Below are positions 37,549 to 46,989 of a DNA stretch of 64,000 nucleotides, in pieces. This DNA comes from Deltaproteobacteria bacterium. Its GTDB lineage: Bacteria > Desulfobacterota > Desulfomonilia > UBA1062. Numbering within the stretch: the stretch's first letter is position 1; every line of letters starts with the position of its first letter. The translations under genes and the position numbers were made by a program. The stretch covers positions 76,161 to 140,160 of the forward strand of contig JAGOOG010000003.1 of assembly GCA_017992605.1 (NCBI GenBank). Direction: 5' to 3'. The notes below the pieces were generated by a model, which was given only the letters and a program-made list of their open reading frames with translations, was not told where the DNA came from and made no database searches.

Positions 37549-39774
37549 ATGGCGAAGCGGGAAAACACGAGCACGGTGCCTGTTCACATCATGGGGCTCT
37601 TCCTCCTGTTTACCGCGACCTTCCTCTTCCTGTCCCTGGTCTCCTTTTCCCCAGAAGACCCGGGCTTCACGTTATCCAGACAGACCGACACCTTCCACAA
37701 CTGGATGGGTTTCGTGGGCTCCTACATAGCCGACGGCCTCTACATCGTGTTCGGGGTCTGGTCCTTTGCCTTGCCGCTGTTCATGATCGATTACGCATAC
37801 CGCTACTGCCTCAGGAAGAATCACGTGAACTGGCTCCATATCGCGAGCACCGCCATCATCATGTTCGCCGTGCTGGGAATGCTGCACATCTTCTTTCCCA
37901 AGGGTATCTCGCTGTTCTCCACCACCATCAAGGCCGGGGGGGTCGTCGGCAGGATCATCGGCGAGTCGCTCGTCACGTATCTGAACTACTGGGGTTCGCT
38001 GGTGCTGCTCATCATGCTCCTGGCTGGAGGGGTCATGATGGGCTACGACCTGGCCGCGTCGATCCGCTCGATCCGTGACCTCTTCGTGCTCGCCCGGGAA
38101 AAGGGGCTCCTCCAGAGAAAAAGAAAGGAACCTGTCGAACGGTTGCCGCAGGCCAGGACCTCGAGGTCACCGTCTCCGAAGACCAGAGCCGGCAGGGAAA
38201 CCGGGGGCGGGAAGGAACCGAGGATCACCATGATGGAGCACGAGGGTCACGACATATCAGAGGTTCCCAGGCAGGCAACCCTGGATTTCGTGGACAACTA
38301 CCAGTTCCCCCCGCTGTCGCTGCTCAGCAACCCTCCGTCCAAGAGCCGCACCATCACGGAAAAGGAGCTCAAGGCCAACGCATCCCTTATCCTGTCCAAG
38401 CTGAGGGACTTCGGTGTGGAGGGGGAGATCCTCGAGATCAAGCCCGGACCGGTGATCACCATGTTCGAGTTCACCCCGGCGCCGGGGATCAAGATCAACA
38501 AGATCGTGTCCCTGGCCGACGACCTGGCCATGGCGCTCAAGGCTGCACCGGTACGGGTGGTGGCACCCATCCCCGGGAAGAATGCCGTGGGGATCGAGAT
38601 CCCCAACCGTTCCCGCGAGATCGTGAGCCTGAGGCGGATCCTGGCCAGCAAGGAATTCACCACCTCGAACGCACCCCTGACCCTCGCCCTGGGCACGGAC
38701 ATCGAGGGGACACCGGTGGTTACGAACCTGTCAAAGATGCCTCACCTGCTCATTGCAGGCGCCACGGGCACCGGCAAGAGCGTGGGGCTCAACACCATGA
38801 TCCTGTCCCTGCTCTACAAGAACAATCCCTCCGAGCTGAAATTCATCATGATCGATCCCAAACGGATCGAGCTATCACACTACGAGGGCATACCTCACCT
38901 GCTCCACCCGGTGGTTATCGATCCCAGGGAGGCGCTGCCTGTCCTCAAGTGGGCGGTGGCGGAAATGGAGCTGCGCTACGCCCTCTTCAAGGACCACGGC
39001 GTCAAGGGCATCGACTCCTACAACAAGAAGGTGAAAAAGGACGATCCAGAAGCACGGACCACCCTCGCCTCGATCAAGGGGGACGACTCCGAGCCCGGTC
39101 TGCTGCCCAAGGTCGTGGTGGTCATCGACGAGATGGCCGATCTCATGATGGTGAACAGGGAGGTTGAGGTCTTCATCGCGCGTCTGGCACAGATGGCCCG
39201 GGCAGCGGGCATCTACATGATCGTTGCCACCCAGAGGCCGTCGGTGGACGTGATCACCGGCCTCATCAAGTCGAACTTCCCGTCCCGTATCTCCTTCAGG
39301 GTCTCCTCGAAGATCGACTCACGGACCATCCTCGATTCTTCGGGGGCGGACCAACTCCTCGGCCTGGGCGACATGCTCTTCCTCTCCCCCGGCACGACGC
39401 ACCTCAAGCGTGTACATGGGGCGTACGTGTCAGAAGAAGAGCTGGACAAGGTCATCGATTTCATCCGCGAGCAGAAAGGACCCGACTATGTGAAGGAGGT
39501 GGATACCCAGATCGCCGAGCTTGCGAGGGATGAGAGCGACCAGGAAGGCCTGAACGAAGAATACGACCCGGTCTATGACGAGGCGCTCGAGTTCGTCACC
39601 AGCAAGGGATCCGCGTCCATCTCCCTCATCCAGCGCAGATTCAGGATCGGTTACAACCGGGCGGCACGGATCATCGAGCAGATGGAGACCGAGGGGATCC
39701 TCGGCCCGGCGGATGCGGCGGGCAAACCACGAAAGGTACTGGTCAAGTCCTATGCACGGGAACTGGAAGAGTAG
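37549..39774 (+). CDS. ftsK: DNA translocase FtsK/SpoIIIE
   Basis: N-terminal TM helices, linker, IAGATGTGKSVGLN Walker A, VVVIDEMADLMM Walker B, and C-terminal gamma winged helix (SISLIQRRFRIGYNRAARIIEQME). Confidence 0.95.
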   Translation: MAKRENTSTVPVHIMGLFLLFTATFLFLSLVSFSPEDPGFTLSRQTDTFHNWMGFVGSYIADGLYIVFGVWSFALPLFMIDYAYRYCLRKNHVNWLHIASTAIIMFAVLGMLHIFFPKGISLFSTTIKAGGVVGRIIGESLVTYLNYWGSLVLLIMLLAGGVMMGYDLAASIRSIRDLFVLAREKGLLQRKRKEPVERLPQARTSRSPSPKTRAGRETGGGKEPRITMMEHEGHDISEVPRQATLDFVDNYQFPPLSLLSNPPSKSRTITEKELKANASLILSKLRDFGVEGEILEIKPGPVITMFEFTPAPGIKINKIVSLADDLAMALKAAPVRVVAPIPGKNAVGIEIPNRSREIVSLRRILASKEFTTSNAPLTLALGTDIEGTPVVTNLSKMPHLLIAGATGTGKSVGLNTMILSLLYKNNPSELKFIMIDPKRIELSHYEGIPHLLHPVVIDPREALPVLKWAVAEMELRYALFKDHGVKGIDSYNKKVKKDDPEARTTLASIKGDDSEPGLLPKVVVVIDEMADLMMVNREVEVFIARLAQMARAAGIYMIVATQRPSVDVITGLIKSNFPSRISFRVSSKIDSRTILDSSGADQLLGLGDMLFLSPGTTHLKRVHGAYVSEEELDKVIDFIREQKGPDYVKEVDTQIAELARDESDQEGLNEEYDPVYDEALEFVTSKGSASISLIQRRFRIGYNRAARIIEQMETEGILGPADAAGKPRKVLVKSYARELEE

Positions 39775-40375
39775 CCTCATCATCGGCATTCTCATCATCG
39801 CATCGACTGGGCTCGCGCAAGCCGTAGAGCTCGGCAGGATTCAGCAGCGCCATGCGAAGCTCCGGGATTTCACCGCGTCATTCAGGCAGGAGACGTTCCA
39901 AGTCGTTGCCAACAAGACCGTCCTGTTTGAAGGCAGGGTGTCATATAAACGTGGCTCCGGCGTCAGGATGGATGTGACGAACCCGGAACGGCAGATCCTC
40001 ATCCTCAGAGGATCGACCGTGCTGGTCATACTGCCGGATCAGGGTACCTCCCAGGTGCAGGAGGTACCGCCGGAGATCGCAGCCCAGAACATCCTGGGCT
40101 TCTTCACCGGTCTTGCATCCATTGACGATTTCTATGCAGTATACCAGGCACCCGATCACCTCGTCCTTACGCCGAAGAACGGTACCGGCTCCATCTCGGT
40201 GTGGGTTGATGCGGACAGCCTGATCCAGCGCATACTGCTCAAGGACGCCATGGGCAACACGAGCGACATCCGCCTGAGCGAATATCGGTTCAATACGGGC
40301 GTCAGCGACGACATCTTCAACGAGAAGACGGGTGACCTGCCGGGCGGGCACCCGAAAGCACCCGGTGAGCATTGA
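39752..40375 (+). CDS. lolA: LolA-like outer-membrane lipoprotein carrier protein
   Basis: Signal peptide SSLIIGILIIASTGLAQA. LolA-like body (FTASFRQETF ... FEGRVSYKRGSGVRMD). ftsK-lolA synteny as in E. coli. Overlaps ftsK by 23 nt. Confidence 0.75.
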   Translation: MHGNWKSSLIIGILIIASTGLAQAVELGRIQQRHAKLRDFTASFRQETFQVVANKTVLFEGRVSYKRGSGVRMDVTNPERQILILRGSTVLVILPDQGTSQVQEVPPEIAAQNILGFFTGLASIDDFYAVYQAPDHLVLTPKNGTGSISVWVDADSLIQRILLKDAMGNTSDIRLSEYRFNTGVSDDIFNEKTGDLPGGHPKAPGEH

Positions 40376-40447
40376 CCGCCCCTTCGCTGGTCAGGCGTCC
40401 CTGCATGTGCCTTGACCTCGCAGGGATGCTCTGGTAAAGCTTCTCCC

Positions 40448-41263
40448 ATGGATCTGCCCCTCATCGAGAAGGCCGTCGACCTGCTCCTGAGATCGAAGCA
40501 CACCGTGGTCCTCACCGGTGCAGGCATATCGACCGAGTCCGGTGTTCCCGACTTCAGATCCCCGGGCGGCATCTGGGAACGGTACGACCCCACCCTGTTC
40601 TTCTATGCTCGGTTTGTCGCCGAGCCAGACGTGGTGTGGAAATGCCTCATCGAGATGAACACCAACGGAGCACTGTCCCTGTGGGACGCCCAGCCCAACC
40701 AGGGACACGTGGCCCTGGCAGAACTCGAGGAGATGGGTCTCGTCAAGGTGGTGATCACCCAGAACATCGACAACCTCCATCAGAAGGCCGGCAGCAGGAA
40801 CGTCATCGAGTTCCACGGGAACATGCTCTTTTTCAGGTGCCTCACCTGCGGCCGGACATATGGCTACGAACAGCTCCTGGAGATCATCGCGGAAAGCACC
40901 TGCCTCCCCCCCCGGTGCGAGTGCGGGGGCATCCTCAAACCCGACGCCGTGTTCTTCGGCGAGGCAATCCCCCAGAACGCCCTGAACGAGTCCTTCAGAC
41001 ACGCCCAGGACTGCGACCTGATGCTCGTCATCGGCACTTCGGCCCAGATCGAGCCTGCTGCTTCGCTGCCCATTGTGGCCAAAGGCATGCGCTCCATGTT
41101 CAGGGGCATGGGCGGGTTCTTCACCAAGATCAATTCCCACGTCGTGGAGATCAACCGCGAACCCACCCCGCTCACGGGTGAGGTATCGGACTTTCTCATC
41201 CAGGGCGGCGCGGGGGACATCTTGTCGACCATTGTCCGGAATGTCAGGGAAAAAAGGCGTTGA
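40448..41263 (+). CDS. cobB: NAD-dependent protein deacylase (Sir2/CobB family)
   Basis: TGAGISTESGVPDFR, QNIDNLH, EFHGN, and Zn ribbon CLTCG...CECGG. Confidence 0.85.
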   Translation: MDLPLIEKAVDLLLRSKHTVVLTGAGISTESGVPDFRSPGGIWERYDPTLFFYARFVAEPDVVWKCLIEMNTNGALSLWDAQPNQGHVALAELEEMGLVKVVITQNIDNLHQKAGSRNVIEFHGNMLFFRCLTCGRTYGYEQLLEIIAESTCLPPRCECGGILKPDAVFFGEAIPQNALNESFRHAQDCDLMLVIGTSAQIEPAASLPIVAKGMRSMFRGMGGFFTKINSHVVEINREPTPLTGEVSDFLIQGGAGDILSTIVRNVREKRR

Positions 41264-42081
41264 GCGTGGCCATCTCGGGTCGCACACGGGTGTTCACTAT
41301 CCTTGCTCACCCATCCGTCAATGTCACGGCCCCCCTCATCTACAACCATATCTTCTCAAGGATGGGCCTCGACATGGTCTACATCTCCCATGACGTGCAT
41401 CCCGGGGCCATCGCGGACACGGTGAGGTCCTTCTCGGGCTGGGTAAACCTCGGCGGGTTCAACGTGACCATCCCCCACAAGGAATCCGTAGCCGCACTGG
41501 TCGATGACCTGTGTGGAGTATCGATGAAGACAGGGACGGTCAACACCGTGGTACGCCATGGAAACGGGTCGCTGTCAGGCTACAACACCGACGGCATCGG
41601 TGCGCTGGGGGCGCTCGGAGAAACACGGGACGCCGTGTGCCTCGTGATCGGCGCCGGCGGTGCGGCCCGGGCAATCGTCCATGCCCTGCTGGAGGGAGGC
41701 GCTCGCAAGGTCTCGATCCTGAACCGATCTCCGTACCGGACACAGCAGCTGTGCGGAATGTTCGGCACAGGCCCGGTGCATGAATACCAGGGCGAACCCC
41801 TCGAGGAGATCGACGTTGTCGTGCAGGCCACCCCGGTTTCAGAGAGGGTCCCTTTCGATCTCGAGTTGGAGCGATTCGGAAAGGATACGCGCATCCTGGA
41901 GACCGTCATGCGGACCACGGCGCTTTCGGAAAAAGCCGAAAGCCTCGGGCTGCAGATCGTTCCAGGGCACGCCATGCTCTATTACCAGACCAAAAGAAAC
42001 TTCGAGCTTTTCACCGGCATCGCCCTTCCCCCCAGAGATCTGGACGAGGCCTTCGCATCAGTCGGGTACCACAGGACATGA
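41260..42081 (+). CDS. aroE: shikimate dehydrogenase
   Basis: GFNVTIPHKE, GYNTDG and GAGGAARA motifs. The TTG 41260 start overlaps the cobB stop (GTG 41266 is an alternative). Confidence 0.85.
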   Translation: MSVAISGRTRVFTILAHPSVNVTAPLIYNHIFSRMGLDMVYISHDVHPGAIADTVRSFSGWVNLGGFNVTIPHKESVAALVDDLCGVSMKTGTVNTVVRHGNGSLSGYNTDGIGALGALGETRDAVCLVIGAGGAARAIVHALLEGGARKVSILNRSPYRTQQLCGMFGTGPVHEYQGEPLEEIDVVVQATPVSERVPFDLELERFGKDTRILETVMRTTALSEKAESLGLQIVPGHAMLYYQTKRNFELFTGIALPPRDLDEAFASVGYHRT

Positions 42082-42238
42082 GGGTGTATCTGGTATGCAC
42101 CCGCCGCAGGGGGCGGCCCAGGGTCGCCGTTGAAGTATGCATGGCCTGCAGATACAACAGGACATGCAGGCAGTACTACGCATACAGGAATCCCCCGCTC
42201 TTCCCGGAGTTCGTAAAACCTTCAGGAAATGCAATTCC

Positions 42239-42267
42239 TTGACAGCCCCCATGAGAGGCACTATGGT
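42239..42267 (+). promoter_or_regulatory. near-consensus sigma-70 promoter TTGACA-17 nt-TATGGT directly abutting the def start codon
   Basis: -35 at 42239-42244 and -10 at 42262-42267. ATG 42277 is 9 nt after the -10, and there is no Shine-Dalgarno sequence. Confidence 0.5.
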
Positions 42268-42276
42268 AACCGAAGT

Positions 42277-42777
42277 ATGCCGCGCAAACACATCCTCATC
42301 TACCCGGAGCCTGTCCTCAAGACAAGGGCTCAGGAAATCGAGAACATCGATCTCGATGTCGTCACCCTCGTGGACGACATGGAAGAGGCCATGTACCAGG
42401 CACCGGGCGTCGGCCTCGCCGCCCCCCAGGTAGGATCGGCCAGGAGACTTGTCCTCGTCGATCCCACGGCCGGGAAGGAATCGGGCAATCTCATGGTCGT
42501 CCTCAACCCGGTCATCGTGGAACGAGAAGGCACGGCGGTGGACAGCGAGATGTGTCTGAGCGTCCCTGAAGTCTCGGTGGACGTGCCCCGCTCCGAGAGG
42601 ATTCTCGTGCAGGGGATCACCATGGACGGCAAAGAGGTCAGGATAGAGGCCGAGGGTTTCCTCGCGAGGATATTCCAGCACGAGATTGACCACCTGGACG
42701 GCAAGGTCATCCTCGACTATGCCTCGACGCTCAAGCGGGCCATCTATCTGAAAAAGAAAAAGAAGGGCAAGATATGA
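42277..42777 (+). CDS. def: peptide deformylase
   Basis: GVGLAAPQ, EMCLSVPE and QHEIDHLDG motifs. Confidence 0.9.
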   Translation: MPRKHILIYPEPVLKTRAQEIENIDLDVVTLVDDMEEAMYQAPGVGLAAPQVGSARRLVLVDPTAGKESGNLMVVLNPVIVEREGTAVDSEMCLSVPEVSVDVPRSERILVQGITMDGKEVRIEAEGFLARIFQHEIDHLDGKVILDYASTLKRAIYLKKKKKGKI

Positions 42778-43706
42778 GGCTCGCCTTCATGGGCACCCCT
42801 GAGTTCGCCGTGCCCTCCCTGTCCGCCCTCATGCAGTCCGGAGGCCACGAGATCCTCCTCGTCGTCACCCAGCCTGACAAACCGCAGGGCCGGGGCATGC
42901 ACCTCCAGAGCCCGCCCGTCAAGGCAACGGCCGTGCAGAGCGGGCTTGAGGTCCTCCAACCAGCATCCCTCAAAGGTGCGGCCGCCTTGAAGGATATGCT
43001 CATCTCCTCCCGGCTTGATGCGGTCATCGTGGTGGCGTACGGGAAGATGATCCCCGAAGACTGGCTTCCCATAACGCGGCTCGGGTTCATAAACATCCAT
43101 GCCTCGCTGCTGCCGGAACTCAGGGGGGCGGCGCCCATCAACCGGGCCATCATCGAAGGGAAGAGCACGACGGGCATCAGCATCATGCGGATCGAGGCCG
43201 CCATGGATGCGGGCCCCGTATTCAGGCAGACGTCAACACCCATCGGCGATGAAGAAGACGCGGTCGGTCTGTCCAGGCGCCTGAGCGTCCTGGGTGCAGA
43301 AAAGATCATCGAGGTGCTGCCGCTGATCGAAAAGGGCTCTTTACAGCCCCGGCCGCAGGATCATGCCCGGGCGACGTATGCACCCATGCTCAGGAAAGAG
43401 GAGGGCGAGATAGACTGGAACCAGGATGCCAGGACCATCTGCAACAGGGTCCGGGGTCTTGTTCCGTGGCCCTGCGCGTACACGTATCTGCACGGGAGGA
43501 TGCTGAAGATCCTTCGCGCGTCATCCGAGCGGGCCCATCACGGATATGCCCCTGGGACAATGATCAAGGAGCGCAGGGGAATCCGTATCGCCTGCAGAGA
43601 CGGGTTCATCGTTCCGCTCGACCTCCAGATGGAGGGGAAGAAGGCTGCCGGTTGCGAGGCCTTTTCCTGCGGCCTCAGGACCGACCGGGATATACTGGGG
43701 AGGTAG
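42774..43706 (+). CDS. fmt: methionyl-tRNA formyltransferase
   Basis: MRLAFMGTPEFAV and NIHASLLPELRGAAPI. ATGA overlap with def. Confidence 0.9.
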   Translation: MRLAFMGTPEFAVPSLSALMQSGGHEILLVVTQPDKPQGRGMHLQSPPVKATAVQSGLEVLQPASLKGAAALKDMLISSRLDAVIVVAYGKMIPEDWLPITRLGFINIHASLLPELRGAAPINRAIIEGKSTTGISIMRIEAAMDAGPVFRQTSTPIGDEEDAVGLSRRLSVLGAEKIIEVLPLIEKGSLQPRPQDHARATYAPMLRKEEGEIDWNQDARTICNRVRGLVPWPCAYTYLHGRMLKILRASSERAHHGYAPGTMIKERRGIRIACRDGFIVPLDLQMEGKKAAGCEAFSCGLRTDRDILGR

Positions 43707-43710
43707 GGTT

Positions 43711-44376
43711 ATGTCGAACATGATCATTGCACCATCCATACTGTCCGCCGACTTCGCGAACCTCGGCCGCGACGTTCATGCCGTTGTGGAGGCCGGCGCC
43801 CAGTGGATCCATGTGGATGTCATGGACGGTGTCTTCGTGCCCAACATCTCCATCGGCCCGCTGGTGGTCCGGTCGCTGAGAAAGGTTACGAGGGCATACC
43901 TTGACTGCCACCTCATGATCGTGGAGCCGGATCGGTATGTCGACGATTTCATACGGTCAGGCGCCGACGGTATCACGGTCCATGCGGAGGCAGCCAGACA
44001 TCTCCAGCGCACCTTGGCATATATACGGGGAAAGGGTCTGAAGGCTGGAGTTTCGCTGAATCCATCCACGCCTGTGGATGTCATAAAGTACTGCCGTGCC
44101 GACATGGACCTCCTTCTTGTCATGAGCGTGAATCCAGGATTCGGCGGCCAGACCTTCATCGACGCGGTCTACAACAAGATCGTCGATGCAAAGGCGATGA
44201 TCGACGGCTATCCCATCCAGCTCCAGGTGGATGGAGGCGTCAACAAGGAGAATATAGCCAAGCTCGCTCGATTGGGTGTAGATAATGTGGTCGCAGGGTC
44301 CAGCATTTTTCAGACAGAAGACCCGGGCAGAACGATAAAGGAGATGTTCGACCTTGTATCTTCGGCTTCTCGTTAG
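43711..44376 (+). CDS. rpe: ribulose-phosphate 3-epimerase
   Basis: IAPSILSADF, HVDVMDG, MSVNPGFGGQ and VDGG motifs. Confidence 0.9.
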   Translation: MSNMIIAPSILSADFANLGRDVHAVVEAGAQWIHVDVMDGVFVPNISIGPLVVRSLRKVTRAYLDCHLMIVEPDRYVDDFIRSGADGITVHAEAARHLQRTLAYIRGKGLKAGVSLNPSTPVDVIKYCRADMDLLLVMSVNPGFGGQTFIDAVYNKIVDAKAMIDGYPIQLQVDGGVNKENIAKLARLGVDNVVAGSSIFQTEDPGRTIKEMFDLVSSASR

Positions 44377-45964
44377 GCTCGTCGCCGCTCTCATCCTTGC
44401 AGAGGCTATCGTGGGGTGCGCACATGCGCCTGTCGGGAAAGACATACCCTACGAGGCCATCGGGGACCCGAACCTCATCATGATGCTTGGCCGGTATGAG
44501 GAAAACAAGGGGAACTGGTCAAAGGCCCTCTACCTGTATTCACGGATCGACTCCCCTTATGCCTGGCTTTCCAAGGCTCGCATCTACTATATCCTCGAGG
44601 ACAACATCGCGGCCCTGGCATCCCTGCAGAAGGTCATCGACGAAGGCACCTTCACCCAGGAGGCCCTGGAGATGAGGATCAGGATACATGCCAGGGGCGG
44701 CAACTGGCAGCAGGCGATACAGGACACCGAGGAACTGGCCAAGAAGTATCCCGAGAATCTCCAGATCAAGATCAACCTCGCCAACCTCAAGATCATAACA
44801 GGTGACTACAAGCGGGCGAAGACGATATTGAGAGGCCTGCTGGGAAAGACGGACGACAGCATCATCCACTACACCATAGCCAGGGCTTGCATGGGAGAAC
44901 GGGATTTCACCGGTGCCAAGGAATCCCTGAGCAGGGCCATCGATGCCAGGGCCGACTTTGTCCCCGCCTACCTTGATCTCGCCCGCATCCACAACATGCT
45001 GGGTGAAACGGCCCAGGCGGAGGCCACCTATCTGAGGCTCCTCGATGTGGAACCTTTCTCCAACGAGGCACACCTCGCACTGGTGGACCATTACATAGAC
45101 CAAAAGCGCTACAGGGAGGCCGTGGATCACCTGAAATCCTTCTACGAACTGAACCCCGACCCCCTGGTGCTGCGCAAGCTCATCATTCTCAATCTTCAGG
45201 AAGGGATGTTCGAAGATGCATTGAACCTCATCAAGGGCATCAAAGAGATAACCGACGATGACCGGTATTACCTTTCCCTTGCCTATGCGGGCCTGGAACG
45301 TTACGATGAGGCCCTGGACGTGCTCAGGGACATACCGGTGTCGGGAAGGCTGGGATGCGACATCACCATGCTCATCTCGTCGATACTCAAGAACCAGAAC
45401 CGTCCTGAAGAATCGGTCGCCGTCCTGGAGGCGGCATGGAAGGACTATGCGGACCTCGCAACGTGCAATGAGATCGGCTATCAGCTCGCAACCGAGCTCG
45501 ATTCCATGGGAAGACGTGACGAGGGGCTGGCCATTGCCCTGAACCTCCTGGAAAAGGATCCCCAGGATCCTATCGCCCTGAACTTCGTGGGGTATGTCTG
45601 GGCTGACCGCGGCATGAACCTCGACAAGGCATACGCCATGATCAAGGAGGCCTACGAGTCGAAACCCGATGACCCCTACATCCTCGACTCCATGGCATGG
45701 GTCCTGTACAAGATGGGCAGGCCCAAAGAAGCGCTTGCGTACATGGAGAAGGCCTTGAAGACCCTCTCCGATGACGCCACGGTAAACGAGCATATGGGAG
45801 ATATTCTCAAGGCCCTCGGCCAGACCGGCAAGGCACTGGACTACTATCTGAAGTCATCCATCCTGAACCGGTCTGTGAACAATGACCTCAAGGAAAAGAT
45901 CAACCGGCTCCTGAGGCATGACAGAGAAGCCTCAGAAGGGCGAGGAGAGAGGCCCGTCCCATGA
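44354..45964 (+). CDS. TPR-repeat lipoprotein
   Basis: LVAALILAEAIVGC lipobox, then more than 8 TPR-like units. TTG start overlaps rpe by 23 nt (start uncertain). Confidence 0.7.
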   Translation: MYLRLLVRLVAALILAEAIVGCAHAPVGKDIPYEAIGDPNLIMMLGRYEENKGNWSKALYLYSRIDSPYAWLSKARIYYILEDNIAALASLQKVIDEGTFTQEALEMRIRIHARGGNWQQAIQDTEELAKKYPENLQIKINLANLKIITGDYKRAKTILRGLLGKTDDSIIHYTIARACMGERDFTGAKESLSRAIDARADFVPAYLDLARIHNMLGETAQAEATYLRLLDVEPFSNEAHLALVDHYIDQKRYREAVDHLKSFYELNPDPLVLRKLIILNLQEGMFEDALNLIKGIKEITDDDRYYLSLAYAGLERYDEALDVLRDIPVSGRLGCDITMLISSILKNQNRPEESVAVLEAAWKDYADLATCNEIGYQLATELDSMGRRDEGLAIALNLLEKDPQDPIALNFVGYVWADRGMNLDKAYAMIKEAYESKPDDPYILDSMAWVLYKMGRPKEALAYMEKALKTLSDDATVNEHMGDILKALGQTGKALDYYLKSSILNRSVNNDLKEKINRLLRHDREASEGRGERPVP

Positions 45965-46986
45965 GTAACGAGGCGCGTGTCGGTATCTTTGTGATCATAA
46001 TCCTGATCATTTTTGTGGTCCTGTCCATGAAGATCGGCGAGCTGAGCTTCACCAAGAAGAGCACCTATCCCGTCACCATGGTCTTTTCAACCGTGGAAGG
46101 GCTCAAGATCTCATCTCCTCTGGAGCTGGCAGGTGTCGAGGTGGGAAAGGTCACGGCCATCTCCCTGAACAAGGACTATTCAGCCGTGGTGAGCGCGGCC
46201 CTGAACGAGGACATCAGGTTGCCCGTCGACTCGACGGCATCGATCGCGACCAAGGGCGTGCTCGGAGACAAGATCATCGTGCTCTCGCCCGGGGTATCGT
46301 CGTCCTTCATCGATCCTGGCGGCAACCTCGCCAGGACCAAGGTCCCGCCATCACTGGACACCCTCCTCACCCAGGTCGGCGAACTCGCCGAGAACCTCAC
46401 GGAACTGAGTGCGTCCCTCAACGCCTCCTTCGGAGACGAAGAGGCGCTCAGGGAAATCGTGATGAACCTTCGCACCCTGAGCGCAGACAGCGCATCCCTC
46501 GTGGCTGACAACAAGGACGACATAACGGCGGTCGTTTCAAACATGAGGGAGATTACTGAGGAGTTCATTTTCATATCGGAGAACCTCACCACGACGAGCA
46601 GGAGCATCGACGACATCGCCTCATCGATCAGCTCCGGTCAGGGATCGCTCGGCAAGCTTGTCAAGGACGATGCCCTCTACGATTCGATGGTTGCCTTCAT
46701 GGAGTCCGCCGAGAACATCATGGACAGGATGAACGACGACAGCACCCTGGGCATGCTCATGACCGACAGCGCTCTGTATGACGACCTTGCGCAGACGGCC
46801 CAGAACCTGCGGGCCATCACCGATGACATGGCCGCCGGCAGGGGAACGCTCGGCCGCCTCATGACGGACGAAGAGCTCTACACGGACATGCGCGAGACCC
46901 TGCGGAGCGCCAACAAGGCCATGCAGGGGATCGAGGAGCAGACGCCCATCACGGTCTTCGGGACGGTCCTGGGCGTGATCTGGTAA
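45961..46986 (+). CDS. MCE/MlaD-domain protein with long helical C-terminal region
   Basis: N-terminal TM helix RVGIFVIIILIIFVVL, MCE fold region (GLKISSPLELAGVEVGKV ... TKGVLGDKIIVLSPG), and a helical tail. ATGA overlap with the TPR gene. Confidence 0.8.
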   Translation: MSNEARVGIFVIIILIIFVVLSMKIGELSFTKKSTYPVTMVFSTVEGLKISSPLELAGVEVGKVTAISLNKDYSAVVSAALNEDIRLPVDSTASIATKGVLGDKIIVLSPGVSSSFIDPGGNLARTKVPPSLDTLLTQVGELAENLTELSASLNASFGDEEALREIVMNLRTLSADSASLVADNKDDITAVVSNMREITEEFIFISENLTTTSRSIDDIASSISSGQGSLGKLVKDDALYDSMVAFMESAENIMDRMNDDSTLGMLMTDSALYDDLAQTAQNLRAITDDMAAGRGTLGRLMTDEELYTDMRETLRSANKAMQGIEEQTPITVFGTVLGVIW

Positions 46987-46989
46987 GGG

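Noticed and set aside
40448-41263. Sir2-domain gene as a possible anti-phage (Thoeris/DSR-type) effector
   Set aside because: It is a short canonical CobB-type deacylase with a Zn ribbon and catalytic His. It has no fused or adjacent defence partner, and it is embedded between lolA and aroE housekeeping genes.
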